A stretch of DNA of 33,597 bases from a virus (lineage: Duplodnaviria; Caudoviricetes), in IMG/VR virus record IMGVR_UViG_3300044491_000588, positions 1 to 33,597 of that record. The stretch is one strand, 5' to 3'. Below, one piece after another: positions 18,352 through 27,126 of the stretch (positions are counted from its first letter, which is position 1; each line of letters begins with the position of its first letter). The notes under the pieces were generated by a model. The model did no database searches. It worked only from the letters and a program-made list of their open reading frames with translations, and was not told the origin of the DNA. Made by a program: the position numbers and the translations under genes.

Positions 18352-18385
18352 AGGGCAGCTCGAAAGGGTTGCCCTTTTATTTTAT
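18352..18385 (+). terminator. Intrinsic terminator
   Basis: AGGGCAGCTC-gaaa-GGGTTGCCCT (with G-U pairs) followed by a T-rich tail. Confidence 0.75.
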
Positions 18386-18389
18386 AACC

Positions 18390-18569
18390 ATGTCAAATAC
18401 AATACACAATTTAGATGGATCCTGGAAAGCGGATGACATAAAGTATATGGAGGAAAGGATTATGGTATTACTAGAATATGTAGCAAACAGCCGCAATGAG
18501 GTTACTTTATTAAAAGACCAGGTTGCATACTTAAAAACCAAATTAGATGAGAATAACATTAAGTACTAA
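18390..18569 (+). CDS. Small coiled-coil protein (59 aa)
   Basis: ATG at 18390; heptad-like C-terminal half; overlaps the next gene. Confidence 0.65.
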   Translation: MSNTIHNLDGSWKADDIKYMEERIMVLLEYVANSRNEVTLLKDQVAYLKTKLDENNIKY

Positions 18570-19317
18570 ACAGGATACTAACCAGGAGTATCACTCTCAT
18601 GATTCAATTTCAGCGAGTGGACTCAAAATGATTTATAAGAAATCAGTTAAGCATTATTTAACAGCAAAGTTTACAGAAACTCCAGCAATGGCATTAGGGA
18701 CTGCTGTTCATACAATAATGCTAGAGGGTCAAAAACAATTTGACAAAGACTATTATTTAATGCCTAAATACGATGGGCGCACTAAAGAGGGAAAGCAAAT
18801 AAAAGCAAAGCACGAAAAGCTGGCTGGGGATCGCAAACATTTAAGGGACAGCGATATGGACATCATATCTGGAATAATGCAAAATCTAAGACAGCACGAT
18901 CTAGCGCAAAAATATTGCACTGGAACTGTAGAGCTTTCTCATTATGGTAAAATGGATGGTGTACCTATTAGAGTTCGCCCAGATGTATTTGGTGATAATT
19001 GGATAGGGGATGTTAAAACGTGCCAAGACAATTCACCTATAGCATTTAGGAGGGACTTATATAAATACGCCTACCATTTACAGGCGTGCTTTTATTCTGA
19101 TGTTTTAGGATTTCCACCAGAAAACTTTCGCTTTGTGGCTGTAGAAACTAATTATCCATATAGTGTAGAGGTTTATGCTTTAGATGATGATATGATAGCA
19201 CAGGGCAGACAAGCCTATAAAAAAGCATTATCAGACTGGGGTTTTTATTTAGCTACAGGAATTGAGAAAGGATACCAAGCTGCTGGATATATGGATGATG
19301 GCGCTTTAATACTATAG
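18547..19317 (+). CDS. RecE/exonuclease VIII-like PD-(D/E)XK nuclease (DUF3799-type)
   Basis: YH....ISASGLK, GTAVH..MLE, RPD, DVKT and YHLQACFY motifs. Confidence 0.88.
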   Translation: MRITLSTKQDTNQEYHSHDSISASGLKMIYKKSVKHYLTAKFTETPAMALGTAVHTIMLEGQKQFDKDYYLMPKYDGRTKEGKQIKAKHEKLAGDRKHLRDSDMDIISGIMQNLRQHDLAQKYCTGTVELSHYGKMDGVPIRVRPDVFGDNWIGDVKTCQDNSPIAFRRDLYKYAYHLQACFYSDVLGFPPENFRFVAVETNYPYSVEVYALDDDMIAQGRQAYKKALSDWGFYLATGIEKGYQAAGYMDDGALIL

Positions 19318-19319
19318 CT

Positions 19320-19736
19320 ATGGAATTACAACAAATTAAAACTAAAGTTGAAAATCATTTCGGTTTTTTTATAAATGTTAAATCTAGAAAAAGGCATTTA
19401 GTAGATGCTAGAAAAATTTATTTTGGATTATGCAGAAATTTTACTAAAAAATCACTAGCAGAGATTGGCAGAAGTGTTGAAAGAGATCACGCCTCAGCAT
19501 TACACAATATTAGAAGTTGCAGAGATTTGTTACAAACTGATCCAGAATTTAAAAAACATTATATAACTTTGTTTGGACAGGTAAGTTTGTTAAAATCAAA
19601 TGATTGGAAAATTCCTAAAGCAACAATACCTAAATTTATACATCCAGGATTCCTAAGATATGCCGACAAAAAATCCATTCGAAAAGTATTTAACCAAAGA
19701 GGACCGACTCCAAAACAGCGTTATGAATTACATTAA
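19320..19736 (+). CDS. Stand-alone DnaA domain IV-like HTH protein
   Basis: SRKRHLVDARKIY..LCR..TKKSLAEIGRSVERDHASALHNIR resembles the DnaA C-terminal signature (SL..IG..F.RDHTTV.H). Confidence 0.75.
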   Translation: MELQQIKTKVENHFGFFINVKSRKRHLVDARKIYFGLCRNFTKKSLAEIGRSVERDHASALHNIRSCRDLLQTDPEFKKHYITLFGQVSLLKSNDWKIPKATIPKFIHPGFLRYADKKSIRKVFNQRGPTPKQRYELH

Positions 19737-20034
19737 GATGCAGTACCCTGGCACTTTTGCGATTCACGTTCCTAATGAGGGCAAGCGCTCACCATTTGAA
19801 CGCTACAAGTTTAAATATTTAGGCGGAACTCCTGGAATACCAGATATTTTAGTTTTTGAGTCTAAAAGCAAATACAGCGGTTTAGCGCTCGAATTAAAAG
19901 TTGGATATAACAAACCTACAGAAAACCAGTTTAATTGCTTAGAGAGGCTTAAAAATGCCTCCTGGGATGCGCATTGGTGTAATTCGTTTGATGCTGCAAA
20001 AGAAATTATTGATAATTTTATGAGTTATGAGTGA
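19660..20034 (+). CDS. VRR-NUC domain nuclease (Holliday junction resolvase-like)
   Basis: E..LQ, HVPNEG.R, GIPD and LELK...KPT..Q motifs. Confidence 0.85.
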   Translation: MPTKNPFEKYLTKEDRLQNSVMNYIKMQYPGTFAIHVPNEGKRSPFERYKFKYLGGTPGIPDILVFESKSKYSGLALELKVGYNKPTENQFNCLERLKNASWDAHWCNSFDAAKEIIDNFMSYE

Positions 20035-20278
20035 TTATAGAAACGTTTACTGGAACGAAATTGATCAGCGAATGTGGCGCACTACCACTACTGTGGATGA
20101 TGTTACTGTGCGTTATGAGTATGTAGGGAGGATGACTAGAGCTGAATATGATCTACTGATTGAAACGCTTTGGGAATTATTCGATGATAACAAAATTACT
20201 TTGGCGGAGTTCCAAAGAATCTTTGGCGATATTCGTACATTTTGTGACCAGGTAAAAAATTTAGTGGAAAAAGCATAA
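20027..20278 (+). CDS. Hypothetical protein
   Basis: 83-aa ORF tightly packed between its neighbours. Confidence 0.7.
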   Translation: MSDYRNVYWNEIDQRMWRTTTTVDDVTVRYEYVGRMTRAEYDLLIETLWELFDDNKITLAEFQRIFGDIRTFCDQVKNLVEKA

Positions 20279-20281
20279 CAA

Positions 20282-21007
20282 ATGAAACCAAATTACTATG
20301 CAGTAATACCAGCGGAGGTTAGGTATAATGAGAAACTGACCGCCAACTCGAAGCTCCTTTATGGCGAATTAACAGCGCTAAGTAATAAAACAGGCATCAG
20401 CTGGGCGCAAAATAAATACTTTGCTGAACTCTACTCTGTAGATACTAAAACTGTATCTAGATGGATTAAACAACTCCAGGAGGAGGGTTTTATTAAAATC
20501 AAAATGGAGTACGATAAACAAACCAAACAAGTCACTAAAAGACTGATTAAAATAACTACTCTAAGGGGTGGGGACAAAAATGTCCAGGGGGGACAAAAAG
20601 ATCCCCAGGGTGGGGACAAAAATGTCCAGGATAATATATATAATAATAATATTAATAATAATACAAGTATTAATACCGCCACTTTTAAAAAAGTGTCAGA
20701 TTTCAATGAAAACTATCTTTTAGCTTATGAGCATATAGTTAAATTATTTCACGAAAGGAATACACCAAAAACTAGTAGACAAAAAGTAGAATGGTTAAAT
20801 GTCATAAGACTATGTGAGGAAAAAGACAAAGTAAAACCTCAGCAGCTTTGGTGGTTATGTAATGAAGTTAGAAAGGATAGTTTTTGGGCAAAAAACTTTC
20901 TCACTCTTTTAAAGCTGAGAAAATCTAAAGATGGGGTAATGTATTTAAATAGATATATAGGCATTTTCGGAAATGAACAATTTGATATTTTAGGTTCTGA
21001 TAATTAA
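20282..21007 (+). CDS. Replication initiator (N-terminal winged HTH)
   Basis: YYAVIPAEVRY..KL..SKLLYGELTALSN..G..WA.N.YFAELY motif; internal iterons. Confidence 0.85.
   Translation: MKPNYYAVIPAEVRYNEKLTANSKLLYGELTALSNKTGISWAQNKYFAELYSVDTKTVSRWIKQLQEEGFIKIKMEYDKQTKQVTKRLIKITTLRGGDKNVQGGQKDPQGGDKNVQDNIYNNNINNNTSINTATFKKVSDFNENYLLAYEHIVKLFHERNTPKTSRQKVEWLNVIRLCEEKDKVKPQQLWWLCNEVRKDSFWAKNFLTLLKLRKSKDGVMYLNRYIGIFGNEQFDILGSDN
20566..20675. repeat. Putative replication origin: iterons plus AT-rich unwinding element
   Basis: GGGTGGGGACAAAAATGTCCAGG exact at 20566-20588 and 20608-20630, with a degenerate copy between; nearly pure A/T at 20631-20675. Confidence 0.8.
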
Positions 21008-21035
21008 TTTTTACTTTTAACAAACAACAAACCAA

Positions 21036-22715
21036 ATGATTAACGAATTTTTAAATATTGGCATTACTCCTAGAGGAAACGCCATAGAGCAAAAGGTAAT
21101 CTGTCCTAAATGTTCACACACTAGAAAAAACAAAAAAGATCCTTGCCTATCTATAAATATTGAGAAAGGAGTTTACAACTGCCATAACTGTGGCTGGTCT
21201 GGTAATGTACAGTTCAAGGAAAAAAAAGAATATGTAAAACCTCCAGAGGCTAGAGTAGATTTATCAGATCGCACTATTTCCTGGTTTAATAAACGAGGTA
21301 TTTCTGAGGCTACTCTTAGCCATTGGAAAGTGGGAGAGTCAATAGAGTTTTTCCCCCAGGTTCAAAAAAAACGTAAAGCAATTAATTTTAATTACTACAG
21401 GGAGGGCGAACTCATTAACTGCAAATTCCGAGATGCTGAGAAAAATTTTAAAATGGTATCTGGAGCTGAACTAATATTCTATGGCTTAGATAACATAGCT
21501 ACTATGGAAAAAATCTATATAGTAGAGGGCGAAATGGATGCACTATCGCTACATGAGGCTGGTATCTATTCTGTTTGCTCAGTACCTAATGGAGCATCTA
21601 AAGGCAATCAAAGACTAGATTATTTAGATAACTGCTGGGAGTTTTTTAAGGATAAAAAGGAGATAGTTCTCTGCACCGACAATGATCAGCCTGGACTAGC
21701 TTTAAGAAACGAACTAGCTAGGAGGTTTGGACAATATCGCTGCAAGTATATCGAATTTGGCGATTTTAAGGATGCTAATGAGGTTTTAACAGAAAAAGGT
21801 GCTGAGGTACTTAGAACAATTTTAAAGACCGCTAAACACTTTCCTTTAGAGGGAGTGGTAAATATTGATGATATTTGGAAAGATGTTTTAAACTATAATG
21901 ATTATGGGATTAAAAATTACAGCATTGCTCTGGGTGATAGCGATGATTATTTTAAGGTCGATTTTGAGGGATCTTGGACTGTAGTCACAGGAATACCAAA
22001 CTCTGGTAAATCAGATGTAGTTGATCAGATTGCCTGTAATATGGCAGTCAAATATGGACATAGAACTGCATTTTTTGCTCCAGAGTCGTTTCCCTATGAG
22101 GGACATATAAAACGCCTGGCTAATAAACTTAATGAGAGAAACTGCTCTAATGAGGATCTAAATAAAACTAAAAACTTTATTGAGGAGCATTTCTATTTTA
22201 TAAAGATTGACCTGGATAATTTAACCCTGGATGGGATACTAGATGCTTTTAGAGATTTAGTATTTCAAAAGGGCGTTAATTTATTAGTAATTGATCCCTG
22301 GAATATGCTAGACCATTCAGCTCAGCGTGATCATAGTTATGTAGGGCAAATGTTGTCAAAAATTACCCAGTTTTGTCAGCAGACTAAAACTCATTTATTC
22401 CTGGTAGCACACCCTAGAAAAATGGAATCTAATGACAATGGTAATTACAAAGTACCTACTCCCTATGATATTTCTGGCTCTAGTGACTTTTTTAACAAGG
22501 CATTTAACTGTATTACAGTATTTAGAAGTCTAGGCGAAATGACTCAATTTAAGTCAGATGCTGTACAGATTCATGTACAAAAGGTAAAGCGTAAAGAGAA
22601 TGGACAACAGGGTAGTTTTACAGTAGCACCAGATTTTAAAGATGGCGGAGTCTATAAAACAATAGATGAGAAAAAACAGAGATTTACAGTAGTAAGGGAC
22701 CAGGTTCCATTTTAA
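21036..22715 (+). CDS. Twinkle/T7 gp4-like DNA primase-helicase
   Basis: CPKC..CHNC zinc finger; TOPRIM VEGEMDALS and DND; Walker A GIPNSGKS; VIDPWN; LVAHPRK. Confidence 0.93.
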   Translation: MINEFLNIGITPRGNAIEQKVICPKCSHTRKNKKDPCLSINIEKGVYNCHNCGWSGNVQFKEKKEYVKPPEARVDLSDRTISWFNKRGISEATLSHWKVGESIEFFPQVQKKRKAINFNYYREGELINCKFRDAEKNFKMVSGAELIFYGLDNIATMEKIYIVEGEMDALSLHEAGIYSVCSVPNGASKGNQRLDYLDNCWEFFKDKKEIVLCTDNDQPGLALRNELARRFGQYRCKYIEFGDFKDANEVLTEKGAEVLRTILKTAKHFPLEGVVNIDDIWKDVLNYNDYGIKNYSIALGDSDDYFKVDFEGSWTVVTGIPNSGKSDVVDQIACNMAVKYGHRTAFFAPESFPYEGHIKRLANKLNERNCSNEDLNKTKNFIEEHFYFIKIDLDNLTLDGILDAFRDLVFQKGVNLLVIDPWNMLDHSAQRDHSYVGQMLSKITQFCQQTKTHLFLVAHPRKMESNDNGNYKVPTPYDISGSSDFFNKAFNCITVFRSLGEMTQFKSDAVQIHVQKVKRKENGQQGSFTVAPDFKDGGVYKTIDEKKQRFTVVRDQVPF

Positions 22716-22716
22716 T

Positions 22717-23457
22717 ATGACTATAAAAATATCAGAGCGAGATCATTTACTAGCCAAATGGGTGGCGATTATCAAATCCTATAGCGTAGGCTGTACTGAT
22801 ACTAAAAACAGTCAAAACTTTTTTGAGGGCAAAGAGCATCTCTACAGATCCTATCTGGGTATGCTAGGAGAGGTAGGGTTTGCTAGATACAGCGGACTAA
22901 AAATGAACATAGACACAATAGGAGTAGGCGATGATGGAACTGACTTTGATTATGGGATCCAGGTAAAATGTTCTGATAGTAAAAACAAACCTAATTTAAT
23001 GTTTCCTGTGACTCAGTACAAACGTAAACACGCTGAGTACTATATCCTTACCTGGTATAAAAACCAAATGCTTGAATTTGTAGGATATACCACCAGAGGC
23101 TACATAGATAACAATCACAAAATAAAAAATTATGGTTATGGCGATACTGTATTTGTATCTCATAGCGAGTTAAAACCAATACAATCACTTGAAATACTAG
23201 AAACTATGCCTAGAAAACAACAATACAAACAGCCAACAGTAAACACCCAGGAGGAGCATTATAAAGCATTTAAATGGTGCGATGAAAATAATATTAGAAT
23301 TTATCCAAAGCCTAGAGATGGGCAGTTTATCCTAGTCTATACAGTAGATGGCGTAGCTCATACAACTAACAAGCTGCACGATCCTAAAGACTATCAGCAA
23401 GCTATCTGGGATTTTTATCTATTTTTGTATAATAAATTAAACAATGGTCCAAATTGA
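22717..23457 (+). CDS. PD-(D/E)XK-like protein fused in frame to a second small domain
   Basis: GMLGE...DFDYGIQVK in the N-terminal part; distinct C-terminal part from the ATG at 23206. Confidence 0.5.
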   Translation: MTIKISERDHLLAKWVAIIKSYSVGCTDTKNSQNFFEGKEHLYRSYLGMLGEVGFARYSGLKMNIDTIGVGDDGTDFDYGIQVKCSDSKNKPNLMFPVTQYKRKHAEYYILTWYKNQMLEFVGYTTRGYIDNNHKIKNYGYGDTVFVSHSELKPIQSLEILETMPRKQQYKQPTVNTQEEHYKAFKWCDENNIRIYPKPRDGQFILVYTVDGVAHTTNKLHDPKDYQQAIWDFYLFLYNKLNNGPN

Positions 23458-23611
23458 TTTTTTTCCGATCTATGGAGTTATGGTAGGAATAAACTACTCT
23501 AATGAGGAAATCGAAATGATAGAGGTTGTAGCAGATGACAAAAGGCATACAATACAGTTTTTTTTATTCTTATTTGGTTTTAATATTCATTGGTTTACAA
23601 ACAATTCATAA
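23444..23611 (+). CDS. Hypothetical 55-aa protein (not in ORF track)
   Basis: MVQIDFFPIYGVMVGINY...FLFLFGFNIHWFTNNS; TAATG overlap with terS; TATTTTTG at 23420-23427 upstream. Confidence 0.65.
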   Translation: MVQIDFFPIYGVMVGINYSNEEIEMIEVVADDKRHTIQFFLFLFGFNIHWFTNNS

Positions 23612-23988
23612 TGGCATACGATAAAAAAGAACTTGAGAAAAAAGCTCTAGCGGCTATAGACAAACACAAACTGATGTTCATTGAGCATATTGTGGCGTTC
23701 TTACCTTGCTCTAAGACTACTTTTTATGCTTTAGAACTTAACGAATCGGACTCTATAAAAAAGGCAGTAGAGGAAATGAGAGTTTCTAAAAAAACTAAGA
23801 TGCTCAGTAACTGGATTGATTCAGAAACTCCTAGCCTACAGATAGCAGCTATGAAAATGATAGCAGAGGAGCATGAGGCTCATAGATTGAATGGGACTAG
23901 ACAAGAGATAAAACAAACAGGGGGATTAACATCTAGGATTATCGAGTGGATCCCAGCGGATCGCAATGATGAGGCAGAGGGTAAATAG
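23611..23988 (+). CDS. terS: Terminase small subunit
   Basis: HTH-like N-terminus (LPCSKTTFY); overlaps the start of TerL. Confidence 0.75.
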   Translation: MAYDKKELEKKALAAIDKHKLMFIEHIVAFLPCSKTTFYALELNESDSIKKAVEEMRVSKKTKMLSNWIDSETPSLQIAAMKMIAEEHEAHRLNGTRQEIKQTGGLTSRIIEWIPADRNDEAEGK

Positions 23989-25138
23989 ACAATTTTACGA
24001 CTTAAAAAATTCTACAGCTCGTTTGCGCTGTCACCAGGGTGGCACCAGGTCGGGAAAAACCTATGCTATATGCCAGTATCTTATATGGCTATTAACCTCA
24101 TCTAAAGAGCCTTTAGTCATTTCAATAGTGCGGAAAACATTACCAGCACTCAAAGGATCAGTTCAGAGGGACTTTTTAGAGATAGCTGAGGCTGTAGGTA
24201 TGTTTGAGGATGGCGCTATATTAAACAAAGTAGAGGGACAGTTTACCTATGGAGAGCATTTAGTAGAGTTCCTTTCGGTGGATTCGCCTCAAAAAATACG
24301 TGGTAGGAAACGCAATATTGCCTTTTTGAACGAGGCTAATGAGTTAGACCAGGAGGATTTCCGCCAAATTAATATGCGATGTACTGACTACATTATACTA
24401 GACTTTAACCCTAGTGATCCTGTGCATTGGATATATGATGAGATCATTCCCAGGGATGACTGTGACACCTGGATAACCACCTACAGGGATAATAAATTTC
24501 TATCCTCAGACCTAGTATTTGAGATAGAGCGGATGCGAGAGCGTGATCCAGACTATTGGAGAGTCTTTGGAGAGGGTCAAAAGGCGGTATTCTCAGCACG
24601 CCAGATATTTAATAACTGGACATTTAAACCATTTGCGGATTTTCCAGAGTTCGATACAGATACTGAGGGGGTGGTAGGACTCGATTTCGGTTATACTAAT
24701 GATCCTACAGCAGCATCATATATAGTTAGAAAAGGGGACACTATCTATATTCACGAATTAATCTATAAAACAGGACTCACAAACAGCGACATAGTAGATG
24801 AGATTAAACGCCTGGGATATGGCAATACACTAATTTTCTATGATGCAGCAGAGCCTAAGAGTGGAGAGGAAATGAAACGCCTGGGAATGTATGTAAAGCC
24901 AGCCATAAAAGGGACTGGATCAATTAATGCTGGTATATCACTACTAAAAGAATTTGACATAGTAGTGAGCCAGGAATCAAAAAACATAATAAAAGAGTAT
25001 CATAACTACTACTGGGAGCAGCTAAAGGATGGGACTATCATAAATAAGCCTATGGATCGCTACAATCACCAGATGGACTGCATTAGATATGGCGTTTATT
25101 CGCAATACAGCAAGCGTAATGATTTCTTTGTAATATAA
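23966..25138 (+). CDS. terL: Terminase large subunit (PBSX-like)
   Basis: QGGTRSGKT, FLNEANE, DFNP, GLDFGY and NHQMDCIRY motifs. Confidence 0.95.
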   Translation: MMRQRVNRQFYDLKNSTARLRCHQGGTRSGKTYAICQYLIWLLTSSKEPLVISIVRKTLPALKGSVQRDFLEIAEAVGMFEDGAILNKVEGQFTYGEHLVEFLSVDSPQKIRGRKRNIAFLNEANELDQEDFRQINMRCTDYIILDFNPSDPVHWIYDEIIPRDDCDTWITTYRDNKFLSSDLVFEIERMRERDPDYWRVFGEGQKAVFSARQIFNNWTFKPFADFPEFDTDTEGVVGLDFGYTNDPTAASYIVRKGDTIYIHELIYKTGLTNSDIVDEIKRLGYGNTLIFYDAAEPKSGEEMKRLGMYVKPAIKGTGSINAGISLLKEFDIVVSQESKNIIKEYHNYYWEQLKDGTIINKPMDRYNHQMDCIRYGVYSQYSKRNDFFVI

Positions 25139-25173
25139 TTACTATTTTTGTATAATTAAAATTTTCGTATTGG

Positions 25174-27126
25174 ATGGCTAGTTTCTTAGATAGATTCAAA
25201 AACCTTGTTTCTAAAAGCGCACAAAAAACTCACTTAGACTTCAACAAAGCAGTCTATAATTACTTAGGCGATACTCTGGTTTGGAATCCAGAGAATGATG
25301 ATACCTACATAGATAAAGGCTATAGATACAACGCTACTATCTACTCGCTTATAAATCTGATCACTAAGTCAGCGACTAACATACCATTCCAGATATACGA
25401 AATAAAAAAGGAAAACGACCTAAAAAGATATAAAGCACTTACTACTGGAGAGTTTAATTCCAATACAGTACTCCAGGCTAAGATGCTACAGAAAAAAGCG
25501 CTGGTAGAACTAGAGGACACCGAACTCCACCAACTTCTAGATCGACCTAACCCAGCGCAGTCATACAACTCCTGGATTTCAGAGATAATAGCTTTCGGTA
25601 AACTTACTGGAAACCGATATATCTATGGTATAGGACCAGATACTGGTGCTGGAGTTGGTAAATACAAGGAGCTGTACATATTGCCATCTCAGAAAGTAGA
25701 GATTAATTCTGGCGGTATTATGGAGCCAGTTAAAGAGTACACGCTAGAGTACAACGGAACGTACAGAATCCCAGCAGAGGAGGTATGTCATATCAAAGAT
25801 CCAAACCTCTACTATGATGGCACAGGATCACACCTTTATGGTATGTCACCGCTCAAGGCTGGACTCAGAGTAATGGATGCTAATAACCAGGCATTGACTA
25901 CTGGCGTTAAGTATTTACAGAATCAAACAGCTAGAGGGATCCTAATGTCCGATGAGGGTGATCTAAACGAGGTACAGGCTAAACAGCTTAAAGATAAATT
26001 CCGCCAACAATACCAGGGCAGCGACAATGCTGGGGATGTAATCATTACGCCTAAGAAACTAAGCTGGGTAAACTTTGGACTAAACGCATCTGATCTATCA
26101 TTAATAGAGCAATACAACGCCACTATTAAAGATCTATGTAATATCTATAATGTACCAGTACAGCTGCTAAACAATACAGACAGTACTACCTATAACAATA
26201 TGAGAGAGGCTAAAAAGGCACTCTATCAAAATGCTGTTATTCCAGAACTAAACAAAATCAGAGATGAGCTGAATAGATGGCTATCACCACAGTATGGCGA
26301 TAAAATATATATCGACTTTGATTATAGCGCTATCCCAGAACTCCAGGAGGAAATGGATAAGGTGGTAGGGCAAATGAGTCAAGCCTGGTGGATTACGCCA
26401 AACGAAAAGCGTGCCGCTATGTCTTATGGTATGGATGAGGAAAATGAGAAACTCAATGACTACTATGTACCAGCTAACTTATTACCTATAGATGGCGATA
26501 TTATTCCAGAGCCAGCTGACAAGGGTTTAGATATTGATATAAGCAAACTATTTAAAACCGCTGTAATAAATACAGTTGACACCTACACTACTATAGCAGA
26601 GGCACAGGCTAGAGCTGTAGAGATGGGCGGATCTGGATACCATGAGCATTTATTCAATGGCTCTACTGTCTATATGCCTTTTGCTACTCACGCTGAATAT
26701 GAGGCAGCTAAAAACAATCGCCTGGATGAGTTCTATGCAGCTCAAAGGAGAGAGGCTGGTAATAACGAGCCAATAGATTACAACTCAATAGAAACAAAAG
26801 AGGAAACCTTTAAAGACTATCCTCAGGGCGCTACTAATAACGCCAGGAGAATGTTAGAGTGGCGTGAAAAGTATGGCAGAGATGAGGTTACTGCTGGAAC
26901 GCCTACAGGATGGCAAAGAGCAAACCAATTAGCAAACAGAGAGCCACTCAGTTTATCAACTGTAAAGAGGGTTAACAGCTTTCTAGCACGCCATGAGGAT
27001 AACGCTAAAATAGATCCCAAGTTTAAAGATACTCCCTGGAAAGACAAAGGCTATGTAGCATACAATCTATGGGGTGGTGCTGCTATGGTATCCTGGGCAA
27101 AAAGAATCTCAGAAAATGAGGGATAA
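25174..27126 (+). CDS. Portal protein (HK97 family) with C-terminal extra domains
   Basis: LL.RPN, LTGN.Y, YGMSPL, YNVPVQLL and ITPNEKR motifs; ~190 extra residues at the C-terminus. Confidence 0.92.
   Translation: MASFLDRFKNLVSKSAQKTHLDFNKAVYNYLGDTLVWNPENDDTYIDKGYRYNATIYSLINLITKSATNIPFQIYEIKKENDLKRYKALTTGEFNSNTVLQAKMLQKKALVELEDTELHQLLDRPNPAQSYNSWISEIIAFGKLTGNRYIYGIGPDTGAGVGKYKELYILPSQKVEINSGGIMEPVKEYTLEYNGTYRIPAEEVCHIKDPNLYYDGTGSHLYGMSPLKAGLRVMDANNQALTTGVKYLQNQTARGILMSDEGDLNEVQAKQLKDKFRQQYQGSDNAGDVIITPKKLSWVNFGLNASDLSLIEQYNATIKDLCNIYNVPVQLLNNTDSTTYNNMREAKKALYQNAVIPELNKIRDELNRWLSPQYGDKIYIDFDYSAIPELQEEMDKVVGQMSQAWWITPNEKRAAMSYGMDEENEKLNDYYVPANLLPIDGDIIPEPADKGLDIDISKLFKTAVINTVDTYTTIAEAQARAVEMGGSGYHEHLFNGSTVYMPFATHAEYEAAKNNRLDEFYAAQRREAGNNEPIDYNSIETKEETFKDYPQGATNNARRMLEWREKYGRDEVTAGTPTGWQRANQLANREPLSLSTVKRVNSFLARHEDNAKIDPKFKDTPWKDKGYVAYNLWGGAAMVSWAKRISENEG

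Noticed and set aside
20092-20100. DnaA-box-like TGTGGATGA
   Set aside because: A single mismatched copy in coding sequence; expected by chance.
20566-20630. Mini-CRISPR array
   Set aside because: Only two 23-bp copies with a 19-bp self-similar spacer, in frame inside an initiator gene and next to an AT-rich tract; fits iterons.
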